From NCBI GenBank assembly GCA_028534125.1, contig CM052816.1, positions 65,474,001 through 65,538,000 of the forward strand: a stretch of DNA of 64,000 nucleotides, in the 5' to 3' direction. Shown piece by piece: positions 1-13,544 of the stretch (the first letter of the stretch is position 1; every line of letters begins with the position of its first letter). A program made the position numbers and the translations under genes. Below the pieces are notes generated by a model. It was not told the origin of the DNA, did no database searches, and saw nothing but the letters and a program-made list of their open reading frames with translations. This stretch comes from Lama glama (taxonomy: Eukaryota).

Positions 1-2089
1 AGGAGTGTGCCACTCCATTTTAAAATCATTATATTGTTCTTCACCTTACTTTTATCCTAGTTCTTTTAAGGTTTCTCTTTTTATATTTGATTTTTGATAT
101 AACTGTCATTTGTTCTGATATGAAGAATAAGGAAAGGGTCCAGCATTTTGGACAGCTTCCCCAACCCCAGTTTGTAAAGTAATCACTGATTAGATACTAA
201 CTTGTAAGGTCTGAACATTTTAAGTAGACTTTCTTATTGAGTGTCACTCTTGCCACGCCTCCAACTGTAATGATTGTACTAAGTGTAGCAGGATCTTGCT
301 GGATTTTGTTTGCACTATTCTAAATGGTAAATGTTAGCTATTAGTAGAAGTTAAATATCTGGAAGATAGGCTTAAAATACTTGATAATTACCTTTGTTGA
401 GCCCTATTTCCTTTCAAAATAAATATTAACTATATTTCCCAATAACATTCCTCTTGTAGGGGGTAAACAAGGAGAAATGCTTTCAGTGACACAGGAGGCC
501 AGTGTGAAAGAATGACTTCTGTTATAGAATGATTCTTCTTTCAAATGTGAAATGATGACAGAGTTTCTATAAAAGAAGAAGTGATGTCTATTTCAGGACA
601 TCTATCCAAATGCACTTCTTGGGATTCAGTTTAGGATCCTGACAGTGCCACACCTTGTAGGAAGATGTAAAACCCTTGTAGCTACATGAAATCATTCTTA
701 CCACCGTCAGGTACAGATACAAGAACAGGAGTTCTGGAATTGGGCTGTTCAAGGCCTGGCTTTCCTGTAAATTGGCTGTAAGACTGACTAAGTCCCCTTC
801 TTCTTTTGAGCATTGGTTTTCTAATTTGCTAATAAACAAGAATACATAACACACATGAGACGTTTGAAAAGATGTTTAAGCAATTAAACATGATAATTTG
901 TAGGATTTGTACTGTATACAATATTACATGCTAAAATGATGATGGTGATCATTGTTACTAGTAACAACAACAGTAATTATGGTGAGAGAAGATCTTGCTG
1001 GTACAACACACATTCTTTCAAATAGTCCATTCCTGACACAGTAAGCACTCCTGAGACAGCAGGGCTGGATCCTAATCCCTATATTGCATAAAGACCCATT
1101 GCATCTATAAATTCATTTGAAGCATGAAAATCCAGAACGTTGCTAGTAAACAATTAAACTCAGATGACATACTGTTAGAAAAAATTTCTCTACCCAGCTT
1201 TTTCTTCTTCTAGTCTCCTCTTTATTACCTCAACTGTGGAGGTTTTATTAACTGCTTGAAGAATATAATTTCAGGTTGTTTAAAAGGAAAGAAACTGGGT
1301 GTGTAAAGATAGTTTTCGGGGGGAGGGATATTATAATTAGTCACTTTTATGTGATGCTTTCATCTTTAAAGTTTCTTTATCTCCCATGACTTGAAAGGAG
1401 GAAATCAGTTTCTGTGAAATGAAAATGTATGAAATTTAAAGCTAACATCTAACAGAAATTTCTCAAGACAACTTTGTAGCCAGAGCTGGTTGTTCACTTT
1501 GAGTGAGCTGTATTAGTATGAAAGGCCAAAATGGTCACAGTACAATTAGAATTATTAAGAGATCTTGTTATTAGACATATCCGTTGAAATTTTTCCTGTG
1601 TTTAAATAGTGGGGAATTTCTTTAAGGTGAGCTTTTGCCTGGGCAAAGGGTTAAAAAAGAAAGAAAAAATATCATGTCAGCTGTTTAGGGACATAGAGGA
1701 AAAGGGGCCTTGGAGAGATCATCGTGAGTTTTGAGATAAGAACACAGAAGTTCAGAGTGGCACAGAAAAGTGTCCAAGGGTATGTATGAGGGGAATGTGA
1801 GATCTAGAGCACAGATTATTTGATGCAGCCCAGTGTTTTTTTCGTCTGACCCAGAAAGCCTTTGGAGATGAGGATGGAAGGAAAGTGGGGAGAAGTCATT
1901 ATTAATTCAGTATCTCTACTCAGTGGCCACTTGTTTAATTTTTCCTATAACTCTTGTTTGATTTTTTTTTTTCTTGTTTTGATTCTGGATTTAGAGTGCA
2001 ACATCACATACCCGATTTTGACTTGAACTAGGTGCCTTGAATACAAGAAGCAATTATGGAGAAATGAATTAACAGAGCAATTTACTGTA

Positions 2090-2243
2090 AATCCAGAGAC
2101 CTTTGTTGTTGTCCTCCTCTGCCCCTAGCCAGCTGTTTGACCTCAGATAAATTACTTAAATTCTCATAGGCTCAATTTCCTCAAATGTAAAAAGAGGGTC
2201 TGTGTAGTTGATCTCAAAAGTCTTTTCCAGAGCAAAATGCTAT
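2090..2243 (+). mobile_element. MIR/MIR3 SINE remnant
   Basis: Core 'gctgtttgacctcagataaattactt...ctcaatttcctcaaatgtaaaa' and MIR3-like tail 'gatctcaaaagtcttttccagagcaaaatgctat'. Boundaries approximate. Confidence 0.6.
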
Positions 2244-3299
2244 ACCTGTCCATCTTCGCTTGAGTAATTTCACAGGTTGACAAAGCAGAAATGGCCTCTG
2301 GGTTCTTGGCTATTGACTGCATACTTCCCTCAAATGTGAAAGGGAGGAAATCCCAAATGTAACTCCACTTTTATGTTTGTCTCTATTTTCATCTGGGCAT
2401 CTCTGCCTCATGGATTTAATTGCCTCGTATGAAATCTTTCATTCAAATAATGGAGTGATGATAAAAGGAAGGAAAACCTCTGACATCTAAGTTCTACATA
2501 ACTCTGCCACTATTTATGGTTTCTGTGCGAGTTATAAATGGGTTAAGAATTGAAAAGTTGGTGAGAATTCCCTATTGCTGCAAAGTATACTGAAGAGAAT
2601 GCTTGTAAAATAATCCCTCATTCTTTTCCCCTACTCGTTTCTATTTCAGAATAAAACATCAGCAGGAAAAATAAACGAATGACTATACACAGTAAATACA
2701 CAGGAGTAGATTATTAGGTCATCACTGAAACTAGTTTAAGTATATGAGTACTTTATAAAACAAAGAATAAATGATAGAAGTTTGTTATGTATTTGGAAGT
2801 TCCAGACTGCTAGTAATTTTCATTATTTAACAGTAACAAAAAATGGGCAACAGACATTAAGGTACTAAATGGCTTATAGATTAATTCATTATTCAGTTTC
2901 AGAACACCAACAGTAATACAGTATTTCCCACTTTTATAATAACTCATGTAGAGCATTTCTCTAGAGGTCCACTAATTCTTATTCTCGAGGATGTATTAAA
3001 GGAGAAATATTTATAATGTAATTGTATGGGCCCTGAATGATTACGATTCAAAACTTCAGCCTCCAATGAGACTTTTTGTACTTGACTAAATTAATATTTA
3101 AAAATAGTAAAGCAAGAGTCAAATTAAAATTTAAAATATTTTAAAATTATTTTATTTTTGTATATTATTCCATAAACTTCTGTAACATGTTTTTATATTC
3201 CTACCTTTCATTCAACCATATTTTAAAATATTGGACATTTAACTGTTTTTAGTGATCCTAAAATAAACATCTTTGAAGATCAGTCCTGAATTATTGCTT

Positions 3300-3830
3300 A
3301 AGGGTGAATTCTCAGAAGTGTGATGCAGAGTTAAAGACAATTTTAAGAGATATCATGAACTGCTTTTCAGAAACTGTTGATAAGGTCCCAGTAGTATATC
3401 GCATTGCCAGATACCTGGCAATATTATTCCAAGTACTGACCATTTTACGGTTAATAAAGATTTGCCAATTTAGTAGGATGAAGAATAATATCTAATTATG
3501 TTTTAACTGATTATTATTGAGGCTACGAATGTTTTCATTTGTGCATAGGGATTTTTTATTTCTTTTTTTGAGCATTGTATGTTAGTGTCATTTGTCTATC
3601 AGGACATTAACCATTTCTTTTTCTATCTTGTTTTTCACAGAAATATTTTTCTCAATTTGTTACTTGCCATCTCATTATTTACATTGACTTTTGATGTAAA
3701 GGGATTTTTTCAAACTATAGCCAGAACAGTTATATTTCTTTTGAAAATTTTCATCTATTACTTTCATTCATAGAAAAGCTTTCTTCAACCCTAAATCACA
3801 TTAGAATTCACTTTTTTCTAGTTTTTTTTA
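3300..3830 (-). mobile_element. Ancient L1 (L1ME-like) fragment
   Basis: Degraded antisense L1 3' ORF2 phrases such as 'tttgccaatttagtaggatgaagaataatatctaattatgttttaa'. Approximate. Confidence 0.45.
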
Positions 3831-5115
3831 AACTTTCTTTGTTTTTAATCACTCTACAAATAATTAAAAGAAGATACTTAGTTTAAATTTTTTGTAAAAT
3901 TAGACCATTTTGAAAAAGATTGAAAGGATAAAAAGTTTTAAAAAAAGAGGAATCTCTATCCAATACTATTTATTATACTACTATAAGCAAAGCCAGGAAC
4001 TTAAATACATACCTAAAAGCATTTTTGTAAAATATCAAGAACTGTACAAAAGCAAGAAGAGTCATAAAGTAACATCTTAACATTTTAAAAAGCAGATTCT
4101 TCCAAATGCCCTCTCCTTCAGGAGGGCACTTTGAAAGCCTAGGATTTATGTTATGCTATCAAAGTCATTGGATTGAATAGTACAATAGTGCTGTAATGAA
4201 TTAAGTGTTTGCACATAAATATAGAGTTAGCAAAAAGAATTTCAAAGAGTATAACAATGCTAAATTGTTTTCTTGATAATTTCTGATCTATATAATGAAG
4301 GCATTGAAATGTATAACTCCTTAACACTCTAACAGATCACTGTACTGTGAAAAACAACTTTATAAATCTGAGAAATTAATAAAGATATTATTTCATTAAA
4401 TTTAATACATTTTGCAGTATGTCAAAACATAATGTTAGTATTGTCTATAAAACATCAGTTATACAGAGAAAGATTAAAAATGAGCCCAATTTTATATACT
4501 TTCACATAAATGAGTATTTAAAATTACATATATAAAATGTCTTGTTGTTGACTCTGTTTAACTCATTGTCTGGATTTTCCCATTTTCATAATGTGTTTAA
4601 ATAAATGAGTGGATTCATGCATATATAGGTATCTATATAGATAGCTGGCTAGATATATACATATGTACAACATACTGTATAGAATCAAATATTACTGCTT
4701 TCTTGACTCCCAGTTTTGAAAAGACAGCATTAGACAGACCTATATTTCTCAAAACACATTTCTTTTTATACGGAAAATATGCAGAACCATATTTTTCTAC
4801 CAGTTCATATTATAAAGATTCATTACTGCTACTGCTGCTGATGATAGAATCCTTTAAAATTTAGTCAGTGAGAGACACTATGACATGTAGCCTCAGATAT
4901 CTACACATATCAAATAAAAGATGCATAGATTACAGGACCAAGATTATTTAAATAAAGGTCTCAGTTTTCTATAGGTATAAGGAGCCATACGTGGGCATAT
5001 GCTGACATGTTTGTTCAAAACGTCTGCCATGTACTGTTTTGTTGTTAGTCAGACTTGCAGAATCAGGGTAACACATGATAAAAAAGAACAAATTTTGAAT
5101 TAAAAAAGGATTCTA

Positions 5116-5265
5116 AGTAACCTATAATGAAAAAGAATATGAAAATGAATATATGTATGTATATGTATGACTGAAGCATTATGCTGTACCTCAGAAATTG
5201 ACACCACATTGTAAACTGACTATATTTCAATTAAGAAAAAAACAAAGTAAAAAAAAAAGTTTTAA
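5116..5265 (+). mobile_element. 5'-truncated young L1 3' end with A-rich tail
   Basis: 'cctataatgaaaaagaatatgaaaatgaatatatgtatg...attgtaaactgactatatttcaatt' is the reverse complement of the 3' ends of the L1s at 34330, 48032 and 55572; A-tail; degenerate TSD aaaaaaggattcta / aagaaagtattcta. Confidence 0.85.
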
Positions 5266-5449
5266 AAGAAAGTATTCTATTCCCAGTAAATAGGAAAGAA
5301 AAAAGTGGTGATAAAAGTGATATTATTTGCCTGTTACAGTTAGACATATGAGTAAAGTATATAATATACAATCACAAAACGGCATAATTATTATTTTCTA
5401 AAGTGGAAAAGAGGAAAGTTTTAAAAACAATGATAACTCCACCTTTGAA

Positions 5450-6005
5450 TAATTATTCTCTAAATGTTAGACATTTGGAATGCTTCCGAATGTTTGCTTG
5501 CATAAATAATGTTGTGAACATCTCTGTTTGCACACGTCTTTTAACTTGTCTGGAACTGATTGCTTACTTCATGATTTCTCTAGATTTTGTCACATTGTTT
5601 TTAAAGAAATTGTATCAAGTTACAATGCCTCAGCAATATCGTGTCATTTGAACCATATTGAATACTATAATTTTCTTAAAGTGTTTGCCTCTTTAGATGG
5701 CGTAAAATACTATCTCGATATTATTTTCAGTAAGGATCGGTATTTTTCCATTTGTTTGTTTTCCCTTTGTAATTCCATTTGCCTGAACTCTACTCAGATC
5801 CTTTCAGTATCTACCTAGTGGATCTTAATGATTGTTTCTTATACATGTAACTAGTTCTTTTTTTTCCACATGGATTTGACTCTGTTTTATTTAAAACAAC
5901 TGTTTCTGGGTCTTTTCCTTTTTGTTTTTGAAATTTTATTATAAAGAAGTTTTGTTTCTATAACATGTTCTACTTTATAGTAAGTTTGCTTTTCTTATTT
6001 AGAGA
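5450..6005 (-). mobile_element. Ancient L1 (L1ME-like) fragment
   Basis: 'gacatttggaatgcttccgaatgtttgcttgcataaataatgttgtgaacatctctgtttgcacacgtctt' is typical antisense old L1 3' region. Approximate. Confidence 0.55.
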
Positions 6006-6418
6006 AACTAATGATGGTCCGTCTGATGTATATCTTGGTAAATCATACAGGATATGTTATCTCAGCATTATTTATGAAATCTATCATTCTTACTTTCTTG
6101 TGTTGTAAATCCCGTTTAATAGCTGAGTTCAATATTGTCAAGGATCCTATTGTCATTGACTTAAAAAATAGAGACACAAGGATCCCCCTCAAGTGTTACA
6201 TCTTAGAATTTGTTTGACATTATTTCCAGACATCAGCTAAATAAGTTAGAACCCACTCTCTCTGGGGTACAGATAACCTGAATACAGTTAATAGAAAACA
6301 AAATATTTTCTCCAATTGCCTTCCCTGATATTAGTGATCATTCATTTACATTCACATCAAGTCTAATCTCCTAGTCTGTTTGTACGCCCAGATTCACAAC
6401 TTTAAGATGTATGTTTCA

Positions 6419-6556
6419 GGAGGGAGGATATAGCTTAGTGGTAGAGGGCATGCTTGGCATGCACAAGGTCCTGGGTTCAATCCCCAGTACCTGCATTAGA
6501 AAAATAAATGACAAACAAACCTAATTACCCCACCCCCCAAAAAAAGAATTTTTAAA
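6419..6556 (+). mobile_element. tRNA-Ala-derived camelid SINE (Vic-1 type), full length
   Basis: Head 'ggagggaggatatagcttagtggtagag...ggtcctgggttcaatccccagtacc' with Pol III A and B boxes; tail 'aaacctaattaccccacccccc' plus A-rich end; exact 15-bp TSD AAGATGTATGTTTCA at 6404-6418 and 6557-6571. Confidence 0.93.
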
Positions 6557-8419
6557 AAGATGTATGTTTCATATTTGCAACATCACTGTATGATGCATAG
6601 ATGGGATTCTGTACTCAACTATTCCATTGGTATTCAAATAAATAACTTATTTCACTTTACTTTTCAGGAGACAAGGTCTGTTGAGAGGTATCATTTTTAA
6701 ACAAACATCTGATGGGCAATGTGTAAATCTGAGGTTTTTCTGAGTAGAAGGCGCTCAAAACCTCAATATAGGATTTATGGAGTTTAAGAGATTTTATGAG
6801 CAACAGAGCTTATGAAAGTATGCAATTCCTTTGAAGGATTTCACCCATGAATGTGACTGTAGGGTACAACATGGGCCATATTCTCCCTGGGAATCTGTAA
6901 AGCCAGCTTGAGATTCAATCTTAGACATTGCAGAGTGGCATTCCACAAACTTTCAAACGTGATTGGATTACCTCAGGTCAATCTCTGGGTCAGTTGCAGA
7001 GTTTCCTTCATCGCTTCCTCACATTATTTGCAAACTCTCTTTTTACCTCTTGTGTTGTTAGCCGTGACTTTTGTCTAAAAGAGAAAGAGAGGAAGAGGGG
7101 GAGAGGGTGGGAAAGAGAGAGACAGACAGGCAGACTATGGTATATCCCATGGAATGGCAATGAATTAATATGTAAAATTATCTCAACATTTTTAATCCCT
7201 TCTTGAGGTTTTCTTATCTCTATCTAGAAGACATCTGATTCAGACAATGGACTTTTCTTTGTTCATGGGATATTTGATCATTTTGTACATCTCCACATTC
7301 CAGAGCTTACAAGGAGACCACAGCAGACCAAATCTAAACATCTCCCTTTCCCTTTTGAGCCTGTCTCTTACTATGCAGCACTTGTAATACTGCTAACTTA
7401 AAGGAACTTAATTCTACTATAAATTGTTAAGACAAATAGATGTAACAAGGCAGAATAGTTGTATAATTTACAAATCGTATGTCATTTTCTGTATGTATTT
7501 AAGAAGTCTGAAGTTAGATGTAATGTATATTCTATTCCACTGAGCCTGTTGCTGTGAATAAGGTATACTGTATTTTACCCTAGTTGTTCTTTTCTTAAAC
7601 CAAGAAACATGCTTTGAGCATAGTTTAAGAAGAAAGGAGAGAAACTATTTTAAATAAAATCAATACCTGAGGGAAATATATATATATACATATATATATG
7701 ATATTAGCTGTGACTTCAAAAACATATATAATACATATATATAAAATATATAATTTGGGGATTATAGTTCTGCCTCTACCCCAGGAGAATTTTTTTTCAT
7801 CAGACCATAAAATGGAACAGAGTTTCAGATTATCTGTTTCACTACGTAAAAATTTATAATTCTCAATTTACGAAAATCCGTAAAAATTCCCTACTTAGAT
7901 GAATCCAAATTTAATCCTTAATGCTTTGGCTCAAAATTCAAATTTACCCTTTCTATAGTAGTTAAGAAACCCTTGTCAATAATAGGCTTATTAAGAATTA
8001 CTATTTCAGCATTTAAAACTTATTAAAATTGGTACTTCCTACTCTGTGTGCTTAATATTTGCTCACAAAGGTTAAATGATTAAGAAATTAAAGACTGAAT
8101 AGAAAAGGAAGAAAGAGAAGGAAAAGATATTGATAATGGTGGCTTTTCCATTCACAGAGATAAAATTGTGTTTAGGGGTAAGCAACCTGACGTTTCAATT
8201 TTTGGGCCATTGGTAAAAGGGTAGTTGGAATCACATACTTAGCAGATTACCTGACTTAAAGTAAGATTTCAGCTTTGTTTTAACATAGCAGAGAACATTC
8301 TAATCCATGTAATCATAAAGAGAAGCAGAAATAAATCTAATCCTAAAATTTTCCAGTCTTCCTTCTCTCGTCACAGAACATAATTCATACATATCCATAT
8401 CGGGATGGGGAGGCTTGAA

Positions 8420-8897
8420 ACTGATGCTACTGCACCCACCAATTTACTCTTCTCTCTCACCTGATAAGACTCACTGTCTTCTCAAAAGAATCTAAACTCC
8501 TCAATGAGTTCTTTAAATTTCTAGTTCCATCCACCTGTCCAGGATTTTCTCTTATTTTTGCATGTATTCCATCTTAACAGTATTACTTTCTGAACTTCCG
8601 TTGCCCTTTGAATTTGCCTTATTTGATAAGTGGAGCTATATCCTGGATAGCTCCACTTATCAAAGTCCATCCCTTAAGGCCTTACATAGATGTCACCTCC
8701 GAACCTCCAATTCTAATTATTTATCGCTTAACGTGGGGTTGACTTTTCCATTCTGTAAAGGACTCTAATTTCCTCCCTAAGGAGCTTACATGTGAAAATA
8801 AGGACAGTATCTCATTTACCTTGAACTCTCCATTGTGCAATTTCTCACTCACTCTCTTATATGGAACATTATGCATCATGTTTAGTGGCTGAATAAA
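8420..8897 (+). mobile_element. L2 LINE 3' remnant
   Basis: 'cccttaaggccttacatagatgtcacctcc...aaggacagtatctcatttaccttg...tggctgaataaat'. Approximate. Confidence 0.5.
8622..8664. repeat. Perfect 18-bp inverted repeat with 7-nt loop
   Basis: TTTGATAAGTGGAGCTAT (8622-8639), loop ATCCTGG, ATAGCTCCACTTATCAAA (8647-8664). Confidence 0.95.
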
Positions 8898-9430
8898 TCA
8901 TTAATTGGATACCATCAGTGGGCCCCTGGAATTGATTTACTTCAAATCTGTATAAAAGGCACTTAATAAATATTAAATGCTGCAATTCTCAATTATTCAT
9001 GGGTTTATTATTCACATTATAGCCGTGGTATGATTTTAAAGGTCATATTTACATAATGAATGATTCTGCCTGCTAAAGCCTGTAGTTGGCATAAATAGGT
9101 TCTTAGTTTGTGTCCATCCAACAGAATTTAGAAGGGAAACCTCTGTGAATCAATTTTAATATCTAATTACCACCAGTTCTCCTTTACCGTCTTAGTCAAA
9201 GGCTTTTAGCTGCTTTGCCTAAATCTGAAAGGTGATACTGATCATCCCCAGTGTTTAATGAGGGAGCGTGGAGAAAGTTCAGCTGGAGATTAGAATCTAC
9301 AATGTCGGGAGTTTTCTGTTCCTCCTTCCATTAGATCTTCATAGTGGAGTTTAGTTAATTCAGAAACTTCCTGATGAAAACAAAGCCCTTTTGGTAGGGA
9401 GAAATTCTGTCTCTTTGTATTCATTCAGAG

Positions 9431-9466
9431 TCTCTCTCTCTCTCTCTCTCATTCTCTCTCTCTCTC
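9431..9466. repeat. (TC)n microsatellite
   Basis: Direct reading; one interruption. Confidence 0.9.
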
Positions 9467-10299
9467 AGCACTTGCAATACACCGTGCAATTTTACAATCA
9501 ACAAAATCATAAAAATTATGGCTTTCACTAAGGACTTTAACATAGATTAAGATACAGGATTTCACAGAAGGATAGGTGAGTTGATGGGTTGATTTTTAAG
9601 CCTTAGATAAAAACCACATACAGAAAGAAGAGACTGAATTTTGTTGAAATTCACAGTGTACCTTGAGTACAGAAAATTACAGGGAATGCAAGATATAAAT
9701 TGAATAATACATAATTATTGTTTTGAAATCAATAAGGCAAATATGAAAGCATTAGCTTATCCACCAGGACCTGTGATGATGTTTGCCTAGCAGTGATCTA
9801 TGTGGACAGATTTTGGAAATTGTCAGCAATTTTATTTAGTCTGTCAGCAGTTGCAGTGGCAAGGATTGGGATTTACTTGATAAATTCATGCTAGATAAAA
9901 CCTTTTGTGCACATTAGCATGACAACCAGTGTGTATAAAATACAATAGAAACAGCATTCAATTATAACATATTTTACACCAAAAGAATTAATAGTTTAGG
10001 AAAGGAAGCAAGAAATGAATTAGATGAATTACAAACATTTCTGCTCTTTTACAATTTCTAAGATGGGTAATTTGTGTATATTTCCTTTAAAAATGCCTTG
10101 TAGACATAGAAATGACTGAAGGAAACATTAACTCTAATAAAAGCTAAATTAATGTGTCCAAATACAATAACATCAGAAGAAGTCAGTCATTTGAATTTTT
10201 ATAGTCTGGCACCAACTCTTTTAGCATGCTCGTGTTTTCAAAGTAGATGGCAGGTGTGCTAGCAAGGCTTCACTTCAAAAAGACTTGAGAGTCTTTTTT

Positions 10300-10807
10300 A
10301 TCAGGTGAGAATGCACTCAGCTGGGAGTAACAGAAAGCTAACAGCAGTTTGACCATCTAAGAGTTTATTTGTCTTTTACAGAGGATGCTGGCATTAGCAG
10401 CCTAGGGCTAGCTCAGTGATCCTATGATATCTTCAAAGACATTGTTTCCTTTTATTCTTTCTTCTCAGCCATTAATGGATACTGTCTTATCCTCTGCTTG
10501 TCACCTCATGATCCCGTGTGGTGTGACTCCTCCTCCAGCTTTGTACCCTCATTCCAAGCAGAGTAAAGAAAATAAATAGAAGAGAAGCAGGGAAGGGTGA
10601 CGTCTAAATCAGGGAAGCCAGGGCTTCCTGGGAGCCCTCAGCTTCTATCTCTTTGATGGGAAGAATGCCACAGGACGAGCTTCAGGCGAGGCTAAGGAGC
10701 TTGTGTTTTCACCTGGACATAATTTTTAGGTGGACATCATTGGGCTTGTATAAACGAGAAGGAAGAGAAGACTGGATTTGGGTATATATTCAGCAGTATC
10801 TGTCATA
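10300..10807 (-). mobile_element. MLT1-type MaLR LTR (old, MLT1J/K/L-like)
   Basis: 'cagctgggagtaacagaaa...gcttgtcacctcatgatccc...attccaagcag...cagcagtatctgtcata' matches antisense MLT1 architecture. Confidence 0.65.
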
Positions 10808-11159
10808 GTCTTGTAGTTCAGACAGAGCTAAATTTGATGAGATTCAAAAAACAATTAGCTGATGAGAAATGAAAAGCTATCTATCTGAAGAGCCAATTCA
10901 TTAGGAAAAACAGATTTTCTCAGATAGTGTCCAAAATTGGTGAGGAGGAAAATAAAGTGAGTGCTTTCCAGCAGAAAATCAGATGATCTTACCTGTTCAC
11001 AATTATGTTAGGACCCTAAGACCAAAAAACTCAGCTACATTTAGATTCGTAACAAGTTGTTCACTTCCTGCACTATCAAGACCTCCTTTGTTTTATAGAC
11101 AAATGGTCTAGCACAATTTACACCAAGCCTGTATGGCATATGACTGAAAAGAATTGAAC

Positions 11160-11420
11160 TGGAGCCTCTCTGATCTTTAATTCAAAGTGATCCTGCTTTA
11201 TCAGGCAGTGTGGAAATCCAACTCTGACGGCAGCAGAAAATACCAAATGGGCAGATTTGTTGGTGATTTATAGCTGACACAGAAATGAAGGTGGAGAAGA
11301 CGGTAACTCTCTGATTAATGACAGCCTCCAAACCCCCCTGTGGTCTGAAATAGCTTGATAAATGAATCTCAGCGTTGGAGCTCATGTAAATGATAAATGT
11401 TTTAACTCTCCGCTCTTCCA
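11160..11420. promoter_or_regulatory. Candidate enhancer with clustered PBX-HOX (TGATNNAT) and MEIS (TGACA) motifs
   Basis: TGATTTAT 11264-11271, TGACAC 11275-11280, TGATTAAT 11312-11319 overlapping TGACAG 11319-11324, TGATAAAT 11356-11363 and 11391-11398; no repeat recognised here. Confidence 0.45.
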
Positions 11421-12689
11421 GGTCTGTGTAGGGAGAGTCTGAAAATAAAAGTCTGTAATCAGAGTAATTTCATTTGTAAAGCTTGAAAATTAATGGGTCT
11501 GTCTCAACCAATCCCTCATATTATTTAACAAAATATCTGTATTCTAATTTTTTAAATGCCCCGACATGGAGGCAGAAATTGGTTTTGTACACAGCCAGAA
11601 CGTTCCCTCTTTTTAACTGGGTTTTCTTAGTTCGATGTCTATCAACCATTGTGCATATTAGAGCTTTATCCCTGCTTTCTCTGCGTCTTTTCTCTGTGAT
11701 AGAGATTTTGGCTTCTCTCCTCCTCACTCCAGTTTGTTTGTTCCTAGAGTTTTCTGACTGAGGACCAATTATGGTACTTGGTCTGCAATATCATTTGGCT
11801 TGGGAAGTATTGTAGTAGAGCGAGCTTCACTCTAAGTGCTGACTGGCTTAGAATCTGCTTGTTTCATAGTCTGTGGAGTGCCTCTTACCTGTCAGTGCTG
11901 TCCTAAAGGTCACAGGGGTGAAGATGAAGGACTTCTGGTCTTGGCTGTTGGAGGGCTCTTCATCAAGCACCTCTTGGGGGGCTTTAGCTGCGATTGTGTA
12001 TAAAAAACTGCGTTATGAAGCTGTTTGACCTTGACCCAGTCTCATGGACCATAATGAATTGGTCTCATGGCAGTGCCCACAGTGCATGGAGAAGTTAAGA
12101 TCAGTATGTTACATTAATTTGAAGAAGGCGTAAAAGCCAAAGTTTTATGTCTCTCATCTGAAGAAGTAAATTTCTTGTCATTAACTTTGCTTCTGTTTAT
12201 GCTTTCAATGTAGCTATTCCTTTTATTCTCCATTGAGAATCTAGCCATTATTCCCACCATATCTGAAAGGGTACTTGTGTAGTTTCTGGCCACTACCAGA
12301 GATAATTCCATTTTATTCATGGCAGGATGTGAATAGTCTGGGATCTAGAAAAGACTTGCAAAGCATCCCTTTGTTATTCTACTGGGTGGGGTTCACATTC
12401 CATACAGAATCTCTTTTTATTTTCTATCCCTAGCCCATCCTTATTAAGAATGAAATAAATCTAAGACATAGTCTTGTCTCATAAAACTGATAGTTCATGT
12501 TATTTTATGATAGTTTATATTAACACATATCGCATTAGGGCATTGTTTTTGCTAGAATATCCTCCACCTCTCCATCAGAAATAAGGATGTAGAAGCACAA
12601 AAGGGCAAAGCTGACAGAGAACTCTGCCACACATAAGAACAATAATGAATTTTATTTTGAATCCCCTAAATGTACTACCAGTATATAAG

Positions 12690-12975
12690 ATGTAGGGTCA
12701 GCTGATGCTTGCAGCAGAAATATACAGTGGCTCAAACACAAAAGAAGCTTAGACCTTGTCTTGCTATACCCAATCATTCAGGACGTAGGCTGGTGGAATC
12801 TTCTCCATCTTTAATCTGTAGTTTCCAAGGTTGACTTGGAGACATCTCCATTCCAGGCAGCCAGAAGGGAAAAATTGCAAAAAAATTGATCATACCTAAC
12901 TACGAGGGAGACTGGGAAATGAAATCTAGCCATGTGCCCCCAAAGAGAAGGATTTTGATGAGCAATCAGCAGTGT
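12690..12975 (-). mobile_element. MLT1-type MaLR LTR remnant
   Basis: 'cagtggctcaaacaca...cattccaggcagccagaaggg...cctaactacgagggagactgggaaatgaaatctagccatgtgccc'. Confidence 0.65.
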
Positions 12976-13544
12976 AATCCCTTTTACAATGACAAAGCAG
13001 CAACAAGTCAGATTAGAAAATCGGATCACTGGAACCTGATCTTTTGACAAGTCCGTATTTTCATCAAACTTGTAGATTGCTTAAGAAGTGTAACAAGCCT
13101 CCCAGAATTTCAAGTACTTACTAAGTAGATCTGGCAAATGATACTATTTATAAAACGGTTTTCTCCAAATTTGAAGTTTGAGTCCCAAATCAGGTTGTAA
13201 TAGAATGAAACAAATTATTCTAAGGCAACATTAGAAGAGATACACAAATATTTTTCCAGGATTAGTGATGATACTCTTTTTCTGAAAAGCAATGTTACGG
13301 AAAGCAATGTCCTCTATGAAACATGCTGAAGATCTGAAAAATACTTGCAATTTTTACGTGCAGTGCTTTGTAAATGTAAGGTCTGTTCTGAGTCTTCTGA
13401 TCTTATTTTCTTTTCCAAATTCCTTAGCTGCTTTCTAGATTTAGAAAACGCACGGCAATGGTATTGTATGGGAAACTGCTGGATGTTTACCTCCGAACAG
13501 CTCATTTATTTCTCTTCTGGCTTCATTTTCCTTTGTAACTCTGT

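Noticed and set aside
588..854. 88-aa - strand ORF and a possible + strand exon after tttcag (597)
   Set aside because: No recognisable protein; the most open + strand frame hits TGA before the weak donor.
1317..1335. 'ggggggagggata' resembling a SINE head
   Set aside because: No A or B box follows; too short.
7790..7890. Segment with 'ttacgaaaatccgtaaaaatt', possibly an ancient DNA transposon fragment
   Set aside because: No family or terminal repeats could be assigned from sequence alone.
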